Part shown: one piece after another, positions 1 through 12,717 of the stretch | Position numbering within the stretch: the first letter of the stretch is position 1 | Layout: each line of letters begins with the position of its first letter | Assembly (NCBI GenBank): GCA_001642005.1 | Contig: LWCA01000210.1 | Coordinates: 1-40,248 of the forward strand | Direction of reading: 5' to 3' | Source: Intoshia linei | Lineage: Eukaryota > Animalia > Orthonectida | Length of the DNA: 40,248 bases | Notes under the pieces: generated by a model | Databases searched by the model: none | Seen by the model: the letters and a program-made list of their open reading frames with translations, nothing else | What the model was told of the DNA's origin: nothing | Translations under genes and position numbers: made by a program

Positions 1-2428
1 TTTAATATCCTTTTTCTGATCTTTATTACGTTTATTTTTTTATTGGCGTGTATTAATTAATTTGGCGTTTTAATAAAAAATTTAGCTTATTTTTCAATAA
101 TTTGGCTTACGCAAAATAATATAATGATTTATATTTTGTTTCACAAAATTTTAAAAGATTTTGAAGACCCTTAAAATAAATGTAAATGTTAAAAATATTA
201 CATTAAAAACCCTACAAAATTTTAAAAATTGAAACCCACAAAAATTTGGTCAAAAAGTCAATACAGTTGTATCAAAATTAAAAACCATTTTTTCTAAAAT
301 TCATTATAATGAATTCGAACAATTTGAATAAAATAATGAACTTCCATAATCTTTACAACGGCGTAGTCATAATTTTACAAGAAATCATTGACTATTAAAA
401 AAATTTATTATTGACGAGTCTGATTTTATTGTTTGTTTGATTGTTTTTAAGATCATATATTCGTTGTCTAATAAATTAAAACGTCGGCTCTCGGCAGAGC
501 TAGCTGCTGTTTGAACGAAGTATATAACTTCAAACTGGCTACTTTATATACGTAAAGATTAGTATGATACAGTTTCCTCGGGATAAATCAGATTAGTACG
601 TAAATAACTTGCTAAACAGAAATTTCAATTCAAACCAAGAGAATATTACAAACGCTACTACATTGATTGTAATTGACGCATAAAAATTAAAGTGATATGG
701 GATCTAACAAATGAACGCCTCAAAATTTCACGGATTACAAATTTTTAAAAATCATGAATTTTTGAAAATAATTTATCGTAATTTGGTGTTGGCATAATAT
801 AAACTGAAATAATGATAAAATTACTTTGCGTAGACTTTTCGGTATATAAGTATTTTTGATATCTAAAAGCAATATAGATGAATGGATAAATGTATATTTG
901 ATAAAGTGCACCTACTGTGCTAATTCAAACTAATGCCGGAGTCTGGTGAAATTTGGCCCCATAAACGCAATTTAAAGTTGTGTATTTACTGATATTCAAC
1001 GCAATTTTATGTATTCAATGTATAGTAACATTGAGGAGTAAACAGAAACAATTTTGAATAAATTAATTCTCAACTATTGTGTATTGTATACACACAGGTA
1101 ACAATTGAAAATAATACAAGCAAAATGTAAAATATTAATTATAGTAAGCAAGCTATCCTTGGCAAAATAATAGATTAAAATTAATTACATGGAAAAATTA
1201 TGACTATATGAGTTGTGTGAATGAATAACTGATCAATGGATATATCGAATTTATAGCTATGCAATGTAGATTCAAAAATGTGTCTAAATACAACAATTAC
1301 TAAAAAATATAAAACACAATCAAAACTCGTGTATAATATTACAAAGTTTGCAATTAGCAGTCGTGCACAAAAATGAATATTGATTTTTGAAAACAGTGAA
1401 ACAAAACAAAAAAAGCATAAATAATCAACATGTTGGTGTTTTATACAATAGAATGTATATTTAGAGTCCAATTGTATAAACTTTTTTCAGTAAATATAAA
1501 TTTATTTATCTGTTTTCAATTTCGAGTTATTGTTCTAAATACGAAAATAATTCATTTATCAAAGTAACCTAGAGCAAATAAACGCGGTACAGGTAATCCT
1601 AACCATACCCAATTCGCTCATATATTGAAACGATAATTACGGAGTATAACTGTCAACTTTTGCTTCATTACTAACAAATTCTAGTAGTATTCGGGTTCGT
1701 AGTTGTATCAAATTGCGAAAATAATTAAAGTACAAAATTTGAAGCAAATTGTAATGTTCAGAAACGCGTCCTAATAAATGAGCACATTGTTTAAAAATTT
1801 GGCTTGCATATATCACAATAATGATATATTATTCTCCTAGAGATACATTACTCTTGGAAATTGCAAATACATTTCGAGATATTAAAGAACACAATATTTT
1901 ATACATTTCCAGCCAGAGTATCGTAGGAATCAAATTTATTCCTATCAACTTTTCAGACTCAATTTACAAATTTAAGCATGCGCCAATGCTACGAAATTTA
2001 TAATAAACGGTATTTAATTAAGTTGAAACCAACGTTCCCTCAATGCAGCTCTAACACAAACACGTTAAAATTATAATTTCTGGATTTAGTCTTGCTCAAT
2101 CGCATAATTATAAAACTATAGTATATTTATTGATTATGACAAAATTGTTTAGAAATTTGCATTTTAAACAGATTTAAATGTTTACTCTTTAGGTTAATAA
2201 AGGGTCGTTTCATTTCATTGATTAGTTGAACGTGTAACCAAAACTTTTGTTAAATCAAATTTTCCGAATAAATATTTATTTTTATCATTTACATTTCATG
2301 TATCAATTACTGCATCCGTATGAAATTACATACATATATTCATCAACATTATTTTTTACTGGTTTACATTAATAGATGTAGTTTAGGGAAGTTTTCTAAC
2401 ACCGAGAGTACACTGGTATATACTATAC

Positions 2429-3016
2429 CAGTGGTTCCCAAACTTTTTCCACCATGGACCACGTGCCACAAAAAACCCCTTAATCCTGAACACGTCACTA
2501 AGTTAATATTTATATTTTTTTATTATATATTCCCCTCCTTAAATCGAAAATTATACATTAATTTCAAACAAACTTATGACGAACTACCAGTGCCGAACGT
2601 ACCGTATTCGAGATCCTTCTACCGAGGGATCTCGACGATTTTTTTTTAAAATGGGGGCTTAATTTACTAAATTAAGCATTAAAAAAATTCTTGAAATGTC
2701 AACTCAAGAGTTTAGAAAGGTGCATATGGTTATATGATCTTATAATTCGTTTACAAATTTTTTTTACGCGGCTATTTTTCATTTCAGGAGTGACCACGAG
2801 CTTACTAGGTTCGGTTTTGAAAACTATTATCGAACTAAGTTAAATCGTTAATTAGATTAAATTTAACGCGCGATTCAGTAAATTTTAATTTCATTTTGAT
2901 TAAATGACGTTTACGTTCACTAATAATAATAAATAATCAATAATATTCTAATTTAATATTATTGTTAAAAAAAGTTTATCTTCATTTTATTTAAAATTTT
3001 TCTTGTGGACCACTTT
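2429..3016 (+). mobile_element. hAT (Charlie/Buster-type) non-autonomous remnant; left end clear, right end degenerate
   Basis: Starts CAGTGGTTCCCAAACTTT (typical Buster/Charlie TIR) with subterminal TGGACCAC, which recurs near 3006. The right TIR is incomplete. Confidence 0.5.
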
Positions 3017-4380
3017 ACTATAAACCGGTAGCTATCTAATTATGCCTTGTTAAAATTGATATATTGATTTCAGATTGCATTTCTGCTAGGCTAATAGAAT
3101 TGATTCATTTAAGGCTATAAATTATTCTTCACAAGTTTCATTTTGAATTTAATGCAGTTTTTCTCACCCTTTTTTACTACATTACTTATTTTTCCATTAC
3201 CCACAATATTTTTTTAATTGTATATTTGATGGCCAGGTTCTTAGAATAAGAGCCATATAAATTTTTTCAAAACTAAAATTATTTCTGTTATTTAAAAAAA
3301 AAAGAAATTGTGTTTTTAATGTGAAAGACTCAATGTATGTAAATCTAACTTGCACAAAAACATCAGTCTCAAAATTGTATTAAAATTTTGAAATTTGATT
3401 TTCGTAAAACAGTTAATTAGTTAAATAAAATGTGACACATATATTATATTTAACAATCAATATTAATTGATTACATGACTCATTATTTAGGAAAATTTAT
3501 ATTTTATACGTTATTGTGCATGAGACGCAAAAAAATAAAAAATTTCGTGATTACCATGAATAATATCAAATTAACCACTCGTGGGTTACCCATTATATTT
3601 TTAAATTGGAGGATGAATATTTACTTTTTCATTATTAATGAAATTTTTTGTGTTTACAGCATATAACTATCATTTCTTATTTTTTTAAAATTCTAGGGCT
3701 CTTTCCATTTTTAAAAAAATAGTTATATAGTGAAAACTGTCTTTTTTGAGGTTGCCATTTATGATAAGGCCCAATCATTGTTTTATTTCAAAAAAATTTT
3801 AAAAAATAAATTATTGCAATATTTCATTACATTATATTTTACTTACAATAATTACAATACTTAAAATTAATCCGTTTTTGAGATGTTTTTCTAAGAAACA
3901 AATTGCTGATATTTAATATTTGACTAAAAAATGAAAGATTCAATTAAATTTTCATTCATTTCGAAGTAGAGGAGACATAGATGATAAAAATTTTTAAATA
4001 GTAATTAAAACAATGTGCCCTCTATGGTAGTGACTTTTTATAATTAATTCATAATGGTAATTAAAAGGTTAGACTCTAACATTTAAAAAATATTGGTTGA
4101 TAATTATCTTAAAATAATAATTATTAATTAATATGTAAAAAATTATGTCACCAGGATTGCGTACATTTCTGAAGTTAAAATTTTGTATTTATATCAACTG
4201 GAATAAGCAGTATCAGAATAATATTTTTTTTCATTATACGACCGATAATTATTTCAAATTTTTTGTTGTTAATAAAATAAAAAAATAAATACTAAAAAAC
4301 TTTTTTGATCATGAAGGCGTCACTTAATCAGATTGAAATTTTTTGTGTTTATGAACTAAATATAACTGTACTACACTGCT

Positions 4381-4566
4381 AGAATTCGACCAATTGAAAA
4401 TGCTCACGCAATTACCAAGCGTGAAGTATTCAAGAATAAGTTCAATTCAAAAAATGCCAACGAATTAGAGGATAAAATCCATTCAGTGATGAAAAACCGT
4501 GAAACCCTTCTAAAATGCATCACTCTCGATTTTAGTCGAAAACTTAGAGTTCTCTGCGATCAATAA
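4381..4566 (+). pseudogene. Tc1/mariner-like transposase C-terminal fragment
   Basis: Translates RIRPIENAHAITKREVFKNKFNSKNANELEDKIHSVMK, resembling the Tc1 'L.PIEN.W..LK..V' catalytic-Glu region. No start codon or N-terminus. Confidence 0.45.
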
Positions 4567-4631
4567 AAACGTAATGGATTATTTTCGAATGTAAAATAGT
4601 AATTAAATATGTAAGTTTAAAATGTTATAAC

Positions 4632-5070
4632 TAGGGCGGTTTATTTTTTAACCTATAAAATAAAAAAATTATGTAACATTATTAACTTATAAAATATCAA
4701 CTTCAAATTGGCAAATGTAAATTTCTATTTTTATTCAAATCGACTTTTATTAAATTTTGGCATTCTAATAATAATACTATATCAATCTATGTCATAAATA
4801 ATATAAAATTAAAATGACTTGTTAAATCGCAAGTGAATGTAAATAATTTTTGGTATAACGTACTTATAATTTATACTATTTTGTACTAACATTTATAAAA
4901 AAAATGTACTTTAAAATCAATTGTTTCACTATGTAACTTCATTAACTTTTAAAATAAAAATGTAACTTTATCACATTTTAATTAGCTAATTAATATGCAT
5001 AATATTAATATCATCATGCTTGTAATAATATGCCGATAAACATATTAAAAATCAACTTTTGGCCGCCCTA
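4632..5070. mobile_element. hAT-type MITE, 439 bp
   Basis: TIR TAGGGCGG...CCGCCCTA flanked by a perfect 8-bp direct repeat GTTATAAC (4624-4631 and 5071-5078). Confidence 0.85.
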
Positions 5071-5604
5071 GTTATAACTTAATTTATAAAAAATCGATTG
5101 GTCATTAATATATACGCGTTTTAAAAAGTTGCGGAATTAATTAATAAAGTATTCCACAATTTACGTTGTATAAAATTATAAGACTTTCCTAATTTATACT
5201 AAAAATGGTAATTTGTGATAAAATGAGACGTGTAAAAAGGTTAAATCCTGATAATATTAACAATGATGATTAAACAGTGATTGGCTGGTATATATGTACA
5301 TTTGTAATAATTTCATACTAGGTTTTAAGTGTTATGTCAAAATGAACCTAAACATTGATTGAATTATATTTGGTAAAAATAATTGCTGATGTATAAATAA
5401 ATTGAAAATCTATTTAAAATTTAAATAAGTACGTAGGTTTAAATAAAAATGAATAACCTAATATAAAAAAATGATCTAAATTGAATATTAATAATGGAAC
5501 AACCAATCTAATCAAAAATGGTTACGTAAGTTAAAAACGTACATATAGTGTATAAATTTTAAACGTAATCAAGATAAAAATTCATAAATCAAACATAAAA
5601 CGAG

Positions 5605-5796
5605 ATGTATATTCAAAGATGTTTAGCTCCTCCAATGTACAGAAAATATGACATGTTTTATAGATATCTTCTTGAAGAAGTAACTGAAATAGACACCAAC
5701 AATTCAGTAAATCTGTGGAAGCCTACAAAGCAAAGAGGAATAATGAAAAAAAAAAATACCAAATTAAAAAAGAAAAAAAAAGTTACATTCCAATAA
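5605..5796 (+). CDS. Possible terminal exon of a small basic protein ending GIMK...KKKKVTFQ; 5' structure unresolved
   Basis: Open frame ending in TAA followed by AATAAA, convergent with RPS29. A plausible acceptor (ttttatag) is at ~5663. Upstream frames contain stops. Confidence 0.35.
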   Translation: MYIQRCLAPPMYRKYDMFYRYLLEEVTEIDTNNSVNLWKPTKQRGIMKKKNTKLKKKKKVTFQ

Positions 5797-5817
5797 ATTT
5801 TTATTAATACATAATCT

Positions 5818-6065
5818 TTAATCGTACTAAATAATAATTAATAAACGAAACACATAAAATACCTTGACCCATCCCATCAATTTACTATTATCCTTAAAAC
5901 AACGACGGCAAATATGCATATGGTATTTTCTGATTATAGCATGAGTGTTTCGGCAGACACGACTAAATATTATTTTTGAAAAAATATTATGTATTATTAT
6001 TACCATTGTCGTGAACCAGGACCATATGTTCGTGTATGCGAATACCAGATATTTAAATAACCCAT
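5818..6065 (-). CDS. RPS29: 40S ribosomal protein S29 (uS14), 56 aa, exons 6065-6004, 5962-5863, 5826-5818
   Basis: Spliced translation MGYLNIWYSHTRTYGPGSRQCRVCRNTHAIIRKYHMHICRRCFKDNSKLMGWVKYD with CxxC..CxxC. GT-AG introns of 41 and 36 nt. Confidence 0.97.
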
Positions 6066-6328
6066 TTTGTTCTTTGAATGATTAATGAAAATAATTTATC
6101 GCTCAACGTGTATGATAAAATTAACCTTTATTTATTCTTCCAGTTAAATTCAAATAATTTAGTTAGTTACATTGAATAAATATTGGAACAAAAGTTTAAA
6201 ATTAAAAATTCATAATGATTCAGCAGTTTTACCGACAATTTCAAATTGACAAATTTTATACAACATAATTTCGATTGGTGGAGTCAATTTTTCGTAATAT
6301 CTGATATATTTACTCATTGACGTTTATT

Positions 6329-7465
6329 TCAATACGATAAAGTTAACTCTAAACCTATCTTTGCACTCATGCGATCCAAAGGATTTAACTGTAAACATGA
6401 TTGAATCATATTGGTAATTGACATATTTCTAATTTCATCCAATAAGTAAATGTGTAATTTATAATATTGTGTCTGTAAATTTTGAAGACAATGGTAATAT
6501 TTGTAGCTAGATGAACCTGGTAAAGTTGTCTCATTTACAGAACCTAAATGAGAAAATACCAGATCCATTTGATTTCGATAACTATTTCCGTTAAATAATA
6601 ATTTTCCAACAAAAATTTCGTAAATTATCAAGCCGAGTCCCCATATATCAATATTTTTAGTGTACTGTTTTGCACCGAGGAGAATTTCGGGTGGAGCATA
6701 CCACCATGAATTAATTTTAACATCTTTGGCGAAGTCAATGGAACAATCATATCTAAATATTTTTTTAAATTGTAAATTCATTTTTTTTTAATTCCCCTAC
6801 GTTGATAATCCAAAATCTATAATTTTTATAGTTTTATTTTTAGAGAACATTATATTTTCTGGTTTAAAATCCCTGTGAACAATCTAAAGTTTTTTTAAAA
6901 AAATTCATTTATATATATACATTTTTGTGATGTATATATGATAATCCCGTAATAATTTTATAAAACAAATTATTACGTTTTTTCAGTGTCAACAAATCAA
7001 AATTCTTTTTTATATAATCGGAAAAATTATGTGGACAATATTCCATAAGTATTGAAACTTTGAGAATACTGTCGTCTATTTATTTTTTATTAATTGAAAA
7101 TATATAATTATACCATTAGCGCAATAAAAAGAATGAAATTTAATAACATTTTCATGGTTAAGCTTTTGTAATATTTCAATTTCAGATTGAATTTTTGAAG
7201 GAATCTATTTTTTTATAAAGAGTAATTCAATTTATATCTTTTTTGTTACTTTTCGCATCTTCTTTTTAGTCCAAATTGAAATTTGCTTACATGCCAAAAT
7301 GTTTTTTTTCGGAGTTGTGCATTTGTGAACCCTTCTAATATAATATAAGTGTATGTAGTTGTTTCATACTTTGATAAATCTATAAAAATACCCATATGCT
7401 CCAGATCCGATAAATATTAATTTAAATTTATTTTCTAGTATACCAATTTTAGTAAAATTTTCCAT
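6329..7465 (-). CDS. Divergent cyclin-dependent-kinase-like (CMGC) Ser/Thr kinase, 6 exons
   Basis: Spliced motifs IGSGAYG, LACK, PSKIQSEIEIL, MEY, HRDFKPEN, DFG, WYAPPEILLG, DIWGLG, NPLDRMSA. Five short GT-AG introns keep the frame. Confidence 0.92.
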
Positions 7466-8375
7466 TTAAATATTTAAAATGTTGGTTAGTATCAATGACA
7501 TTGATACATTATAACTATTCAGAATTCAGAACTACGTATTCAGAAATGGTAAGGATATTAAGTGTTGTAGTCATAAATATTTTGAGATAATTTAGCTCGA
7601 AGGTATATAAAATTGAACCAAATAGTATTTCCGTTTATCCGGGTAAATAATGCTTTGTGGATTTGCAATACATTTGAACTTATTTTGTACATAAGAATTG
7701 AATTATTTGTGAAACACTAATGATTTTAAGTGTGTCAAATATATAACCCTAAACTAGAAAATGATACATTATACGTGTCTTGTTGATTAAATTTTAATGT
7801 ACATAATATGTATTAATATTTCAAAGTTTAATCTTCATGAAGGTTGTTAGTCTTATTATATTATATTATAGGTTAGACTCATACCTATTGACCTGAAATT
7901 TTCATTCAATTTATTAAAACGCCAACTGTGACCTCAAAGTACATAAGAAGTCTAAGAGCTGAAAAATTAAATGCAAAAATGATAAAATTTTTAAAATACG
8001 ATTAATAATGTAAATGTTTAAATCTCGCTTTGACGTAATTTCTGTAATATGGAACCTCATTTTTCCAAATTGAGCATTCAAAAAATTATATTCTTGACAT
8101 AACTTGTGGATATCATAACTATTTTGTGTTAAATTTAAAATATTAAATCGAGCCTTAGAGATAGGGTTACCAACATTATTATTATTAGTTATCCGAGGTT
8201 CGAATTTTTGAGCGAAGCGTGTTATTTTTTTTATTAATTAAAAAATTTTTTGGGCCTCTTTTTCAAAAAACTTCCTTTATTAAATATTTTGAAAAATTGG
8301 ATTTTTTCAGGATTCGTTGTTAAAAGATATTAATTACGTTCGTTTTTTCTTAGGAATTTTACTTTCAGATACATA

Positions 8376-8440
8376 TTTTCGGCTTAAAATTTATTCCAAA
8401 TAAACTAAAAGTGATACCACGTATTTTTCTGGCCAGTGTA
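8376..8440. repeat. ~60-bp repeat unit, related to the copies at 10013-10260
   Basis: GGCTTAAAATTTATTCCAAATAAACTAAAAGTGATACCACGTATTTTTCTGGCCA is inverted at 10013-10076 and direct at ~10104-10170 and ~10203-10260. Confidence 0.75.
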
Positions 8441-8457
8441 AGTTAGGAGCTATCTGA

Positions 8458-9750
8458 TCCGAACTTATATAATATGCGACGCGATTTTTGTTTGTGTGTG
8501 TGTGTTTGTGTGTCCTACTTTATTGAAATAATTAGCACTCTTAGAATTTTTTAAAGACCACATTTCAATTACAGTTTTTTTCTGGGACGTATAAGATAAA
8601 TTTCAACCTTCCAATTTCACATTTTAAGGGTCAAAAACCCCTGTTGTCTTTCTTTTTGAAAAGCAAACGAGTTAGAGAATTCAAAAAAATATCTATTTGT
8701 TCAAAACCACAAATTCTCTTCTTTTTTTTTAATGAAAACAGCCCTAGAATTTAAAAAAATTTACAGGTGGTAGAGTTGTATCATGTTAACACACATAAAA
8801 AATTTCAATTCGAATAAGTGACGACTTCACGGTCAAAAAAGCATTTTAGTATTCATATATTTTTTTTCCGAAATATTTTATTAAAACAAAAAATATGAAA
8901 TAATTAACGGTCCGAAAATTTAAAAAAAGGATTATTCTGATAGAGCTTATTCCAGTTGATATAAATACAAAATTTCAACTCTAGAAATCTACACATTCCC
9001 GGTGAAAAATAGTTTTTAATATATTATCAACCAATATTTTGATTAAAACCAAAAATTGAAAAATTTTTAGACAACAATTGTTTTTTTAATTTTTTTTAAT
9101 TAATCATCATACTGTATTCATTTTGTCAAATTATTCAACCATTCAAATCTTGAGTAGACAATCCAATTTTTTTATAAAACAAGAAAAAAGGCCAAAAGTA
9201 TGGACACATTTTTAACACATCATATTTATACATTAAAATCCTTTGCAATAACGGTAAAATTTGACTTTAATATTTATAAAGTGAAGATTCAATTAATTAT
9301 TGATACACAATTGGTATTTTTAAGTATTTATTAAATTGGTACTGAATATACATTTGTATGTCATCACATTGAAAATGACAAAATAGGTTTTTATAATGAT
9401 ATTTTTTCTGGAATTTATGCTATTTATGACAATTTTTAGGATTGGACTGTTTTTACTTTATTTTTAATATTATACACATTCTGTCTAATAAATTAAAAAA
9501 ATTGATAATAATTTTTTTTTAAAATTCTTTACGCAAATGTTAACAAAACAAAATTAAGATGGAATAATTCACTTTAAAATAAAACGTAATGTGATATCAC
9601 TGGGAACCACTCCTTTAAAGGATTGATAATATTGAATAGTAGGATTTTTAAGTTAGATTTTCAACCTTAATTTATTTTTTTGGTATAATAAAAGAGTGCC
9701 GTCGGCATAGCTAGGTGCTGTTTGTACGTAGTACATAGCAGTCAAGCTAG
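8458..9750 (+). mobile_element. Non-autonomous Helitron, ~1.29 kb, both ends present
   Basis: A|TC start followed by AACTTATATAATATGCGA and a TG microsatellite. The 3' end is a hairpin (GTTTGTAC-GTA-GTACATAGC) then CAGTCAAGCTAG|T. No TSD. Internal segments recur at 15.3-15.9, 21.4-21.5, 25.8-26.1 and 34.7-35.2 kb. Confidence 0.8.
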
Positions 9751-10012
9751 TATGGTATAGTTTGTGAAAAGATTTTTAGGGGCCTATTTTTACTTTTTAG
9801 GTGAATCGAGCTGGGTAGGTTAGGCTCTGAGTATTACTCATCATAATGTTCGCATTGTAACAAATTTTACATTGAGATATTATAAAATAATTTTGGACGA
9901 TACGAACTGGAATTTACAATTAAATGTATAGGGCTCTATGAGGTAGTTGTTGTTTTTTTAAAATGAGCGGATATTAAACTTGGAAATGTGTATTTTTTAA
10001 TGTTTTATTTAA

Positions 10013-10260
10013 AGTGGCCAAATTAAAATTAGTACTATCAATTTTAGTTTGTTTGGAATAAATTTTAAGCCGAAAATTTTTTTTCGTAATCATAGATAAG
10101 TAGTTTTGGCTTTACATTTATATCCAAATAAACTAAAATTAATAGTACGTATTTTTTCTGGTCACTTTAATTTTAATCCAAAAATACTTATTGATCACGA
10201 ATAAAAATTTATTCCAAATAAATTAAAATTGATAGTAGATATTAAATCTGGTCACTTTAT
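10013..10260. repeat. Inverted plus direct repeat cluster (three ~60-bp units) upstream of NXT1
   Basis: 10013-10076 is the approximate reverse complement of ~10104-10170. A third, direct copy is at ~10203-10260. Confidence 0.75.
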
Positions 10261-10357
10261 TTTATTAAATATCTGACCATTGTAACAATTAAAAATCGTT
10301 AATAATAAAATTTCTATAACATCGAATACATCTAAATAAAGTATTATTTATAGTAAA

Positions 10358-11986
10358 ATGACAACTGAAATTAAATCAAAATGTAATTTTGAAGCCAAAT
10401 TGATTGGTGATATGTTGGTTCAAGAATATTATGAATTTGTCGAAAAAAATAATTATAACGTAATTTACTTTATTTATCATAATGATTTACAATCAATGTA
10501 CTATATGAGTGTTTCCCAATTGTTTCTCACCCTCTTTATCGTGATTGTATTAAAAAATGAAAAAAAGGTTTTATCAATTTTTTTATTTATTTGCACTTTA
10601 TCAGTGTTTCTCTACCGATACACCCAGGACCCTACCCAGATCGAAATAAGCCCAACGAAAAATGATAGATTTGGGTATGATCCTATCCGAATGATTGTCC
10701 CTTTTGGTACATGTGTCCCGATGGCTCTATAAACGAATATGAAGAATGTTGACAACCTTTATTTTATAGTGTTACCCGGTAAAATATAGTTTAATATTGA
10801 TTGGTTTTTTATAATCAAATTAGTAATAAGTGGTTTAGCAGTTTCTACTTTATTGGCCGGATGAGAAATTCTGAATTTTCAGACTTTTTACCATTTTTAC
10901 TGAAATTGTCTCAATATGTAACCAAAAAATGTGTTTGAGTTCAAAAATTACCAAAGTTTAAACTGGTTATTTTTAATTTCAAAACATTTATTATAGATAA
11001 TTAGTTAAATAATTGTTTAACAATTTTTTACATTAAATTTAGAAATTAAAATACATGTATGCAACAAATGCCGAGTTTATTTGGAATGGAAATTGTTTAA
11101 CTAATCAAGAAAATATAGTTGATTTTTATCGTCAAATGCCACAGTCAAAATTTCAAATACTGAGTATGGACGCTCAACCTACATTTAAAGGTTTTAGTTT
11201 GTACATTTGTGATATAAGTTCCTGCCCGTAATTTTACTATTCAAAAGATAATTAATATGACATAATTTTTATAAAAATTTAAAAAAAAACCGAAAATTTT
11301 ATAAAAATAATACGATTTATAAATTATAAATTTGTGATAATCCTTACAAATGTCAATAGTTTTTTTATTCGCCATTTTATTAAATTAAATTAAGTCCTAC
11401 CTGATCTTAAATTTTTTCTTCAAAGTATTACATTTTTTAACGTAAAATAAAAATAATTATATGTTTTTTGGGTCGATTATTGAAAAGATTTGAGAAACAA
11501 TATGTATATTAATAGTAAATTGTATAGATCTATAAACATATTTTATTGACTTATGAAGGGCGATTTAAACAAATATGTGAATTATTGACTTGTAATTCTA
11601 AAAAAGCTAAAGAACCACTGCGTTAGACCTATATAAAATAGAGTAATGGTATCTGAATATTATAAAACGCACTATGACAGGATAAAGTTGTCCCATATAT
11701 ATTGTATACCAGTTTGAAAATTTCTCGTATCCTTCTGTAATCGTAATTCAGCTATAATTGAGAATTATCTGTAGCTTAAAAGAGCCTTTTTTGTTTATGT
11801 TTACGTGTTAATTTTATATTTTTAGCCAACTGCTACCCAAATTCCATTTCATATATGGTATCAGTTTCAGGAAATGTTACGTATACTTTATTGGAAGAAA
11901 AACACCATTTTACTCACTACTTCTTTTTAAGTCAAGTTGACGGGACGATAAAGATTGTTAAAGAAGTTTATAGAACACAAGCTTAA
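10358..11986 (+). CDS. NXT1: NTF2-related export protein (NXT1/p15), 136 aa, exons 10358-10459, 11043-11190, 11826-11986
   Basis: VQEYYEFVEK / YMYATNAEFIWNGNCL..FYRQMPQSKFQILSMDAQP / VSVSGNVTY..FTHYFFL..IKIVKEVYR match the NXT1 NTF2 fold. Splice phases are consistent. Confidence 0.88.
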
Positions 11987-12717
11987 AATATTTAATAACT
12001 AAATTGTACAAATATTTTTGTAATTAAAACTAAATTTTTTTAATTTGTTGTTGGATTAAGAGTATTTGTAAAATTGAAGTTATCAAAAAAAATAGGAAAA
12101 GAGATTTTACCTCATGTTAAAAATTAGTAAAATTTTTCTCAAGGTTTTTTTAAAATCGTAATAAGGAATTTTTAAATTAAAGGCCTGAAACGGTATTGTT
12201 TATTAAATTTTATTAATGTTTTGATAAAGTGGGATTTTTAAAATAATAATTTAGCAGTTGTCTAAGCTTTGGGGTAGAATACCAACATGTGGCAACTCTG
12301 CAATAATGTATTTTACATAATAAACTAACTTTTTTACTAATACCAGCACATGCTGGTAACACCTTTGCTGATAACCGAATAATTCAAGTTTATATAAAAC
12401 CCAGCAAAAGAAATGAGACAGTAAATGTGAAACTCTGAGTATTTTGTAACAGTACATCTATCAATAAATTCAAATGGTAAAACGTATATAAACATTTAAG
12501 GTAGTAATATTCTCATTGACACATTGAAATATAGTTGATTTTTTTTGAAATTTTAGCGATTTTATAGAAATGTATATCGAGGCCTCGCCCTTCGATAAAC
12601 TCATATTTACAGTGTTTGAGAATCGCTGCTGTATAAATTGATTTTTATTTACTTAAAGTGTATACATTTCTTTGTTTACAGAATATTAACATAAATATAT
12701 ATTTCAAGTATCGATAA

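Noticed and set aside
1181-3666. F/I/Y/L-rich ORFs (1181-1471, 2320-2649, 3475-3666)
   Set aside because: Composition expected from AT-rich non-coding or transposon DNA; no domains or splice support.
8190-8210. GGTTCGAAT as a tRNA T-loop/B-box
   Set aside because: No cloverleaf or A-box can be built.
10460-10732. 124-aa ORF 10358-10732 as a membrane protein
   Set aside because: Only the first 34 codons are NXT1 exon 1; the rest is read-through into an intron with a canonical GT donor at 10460.
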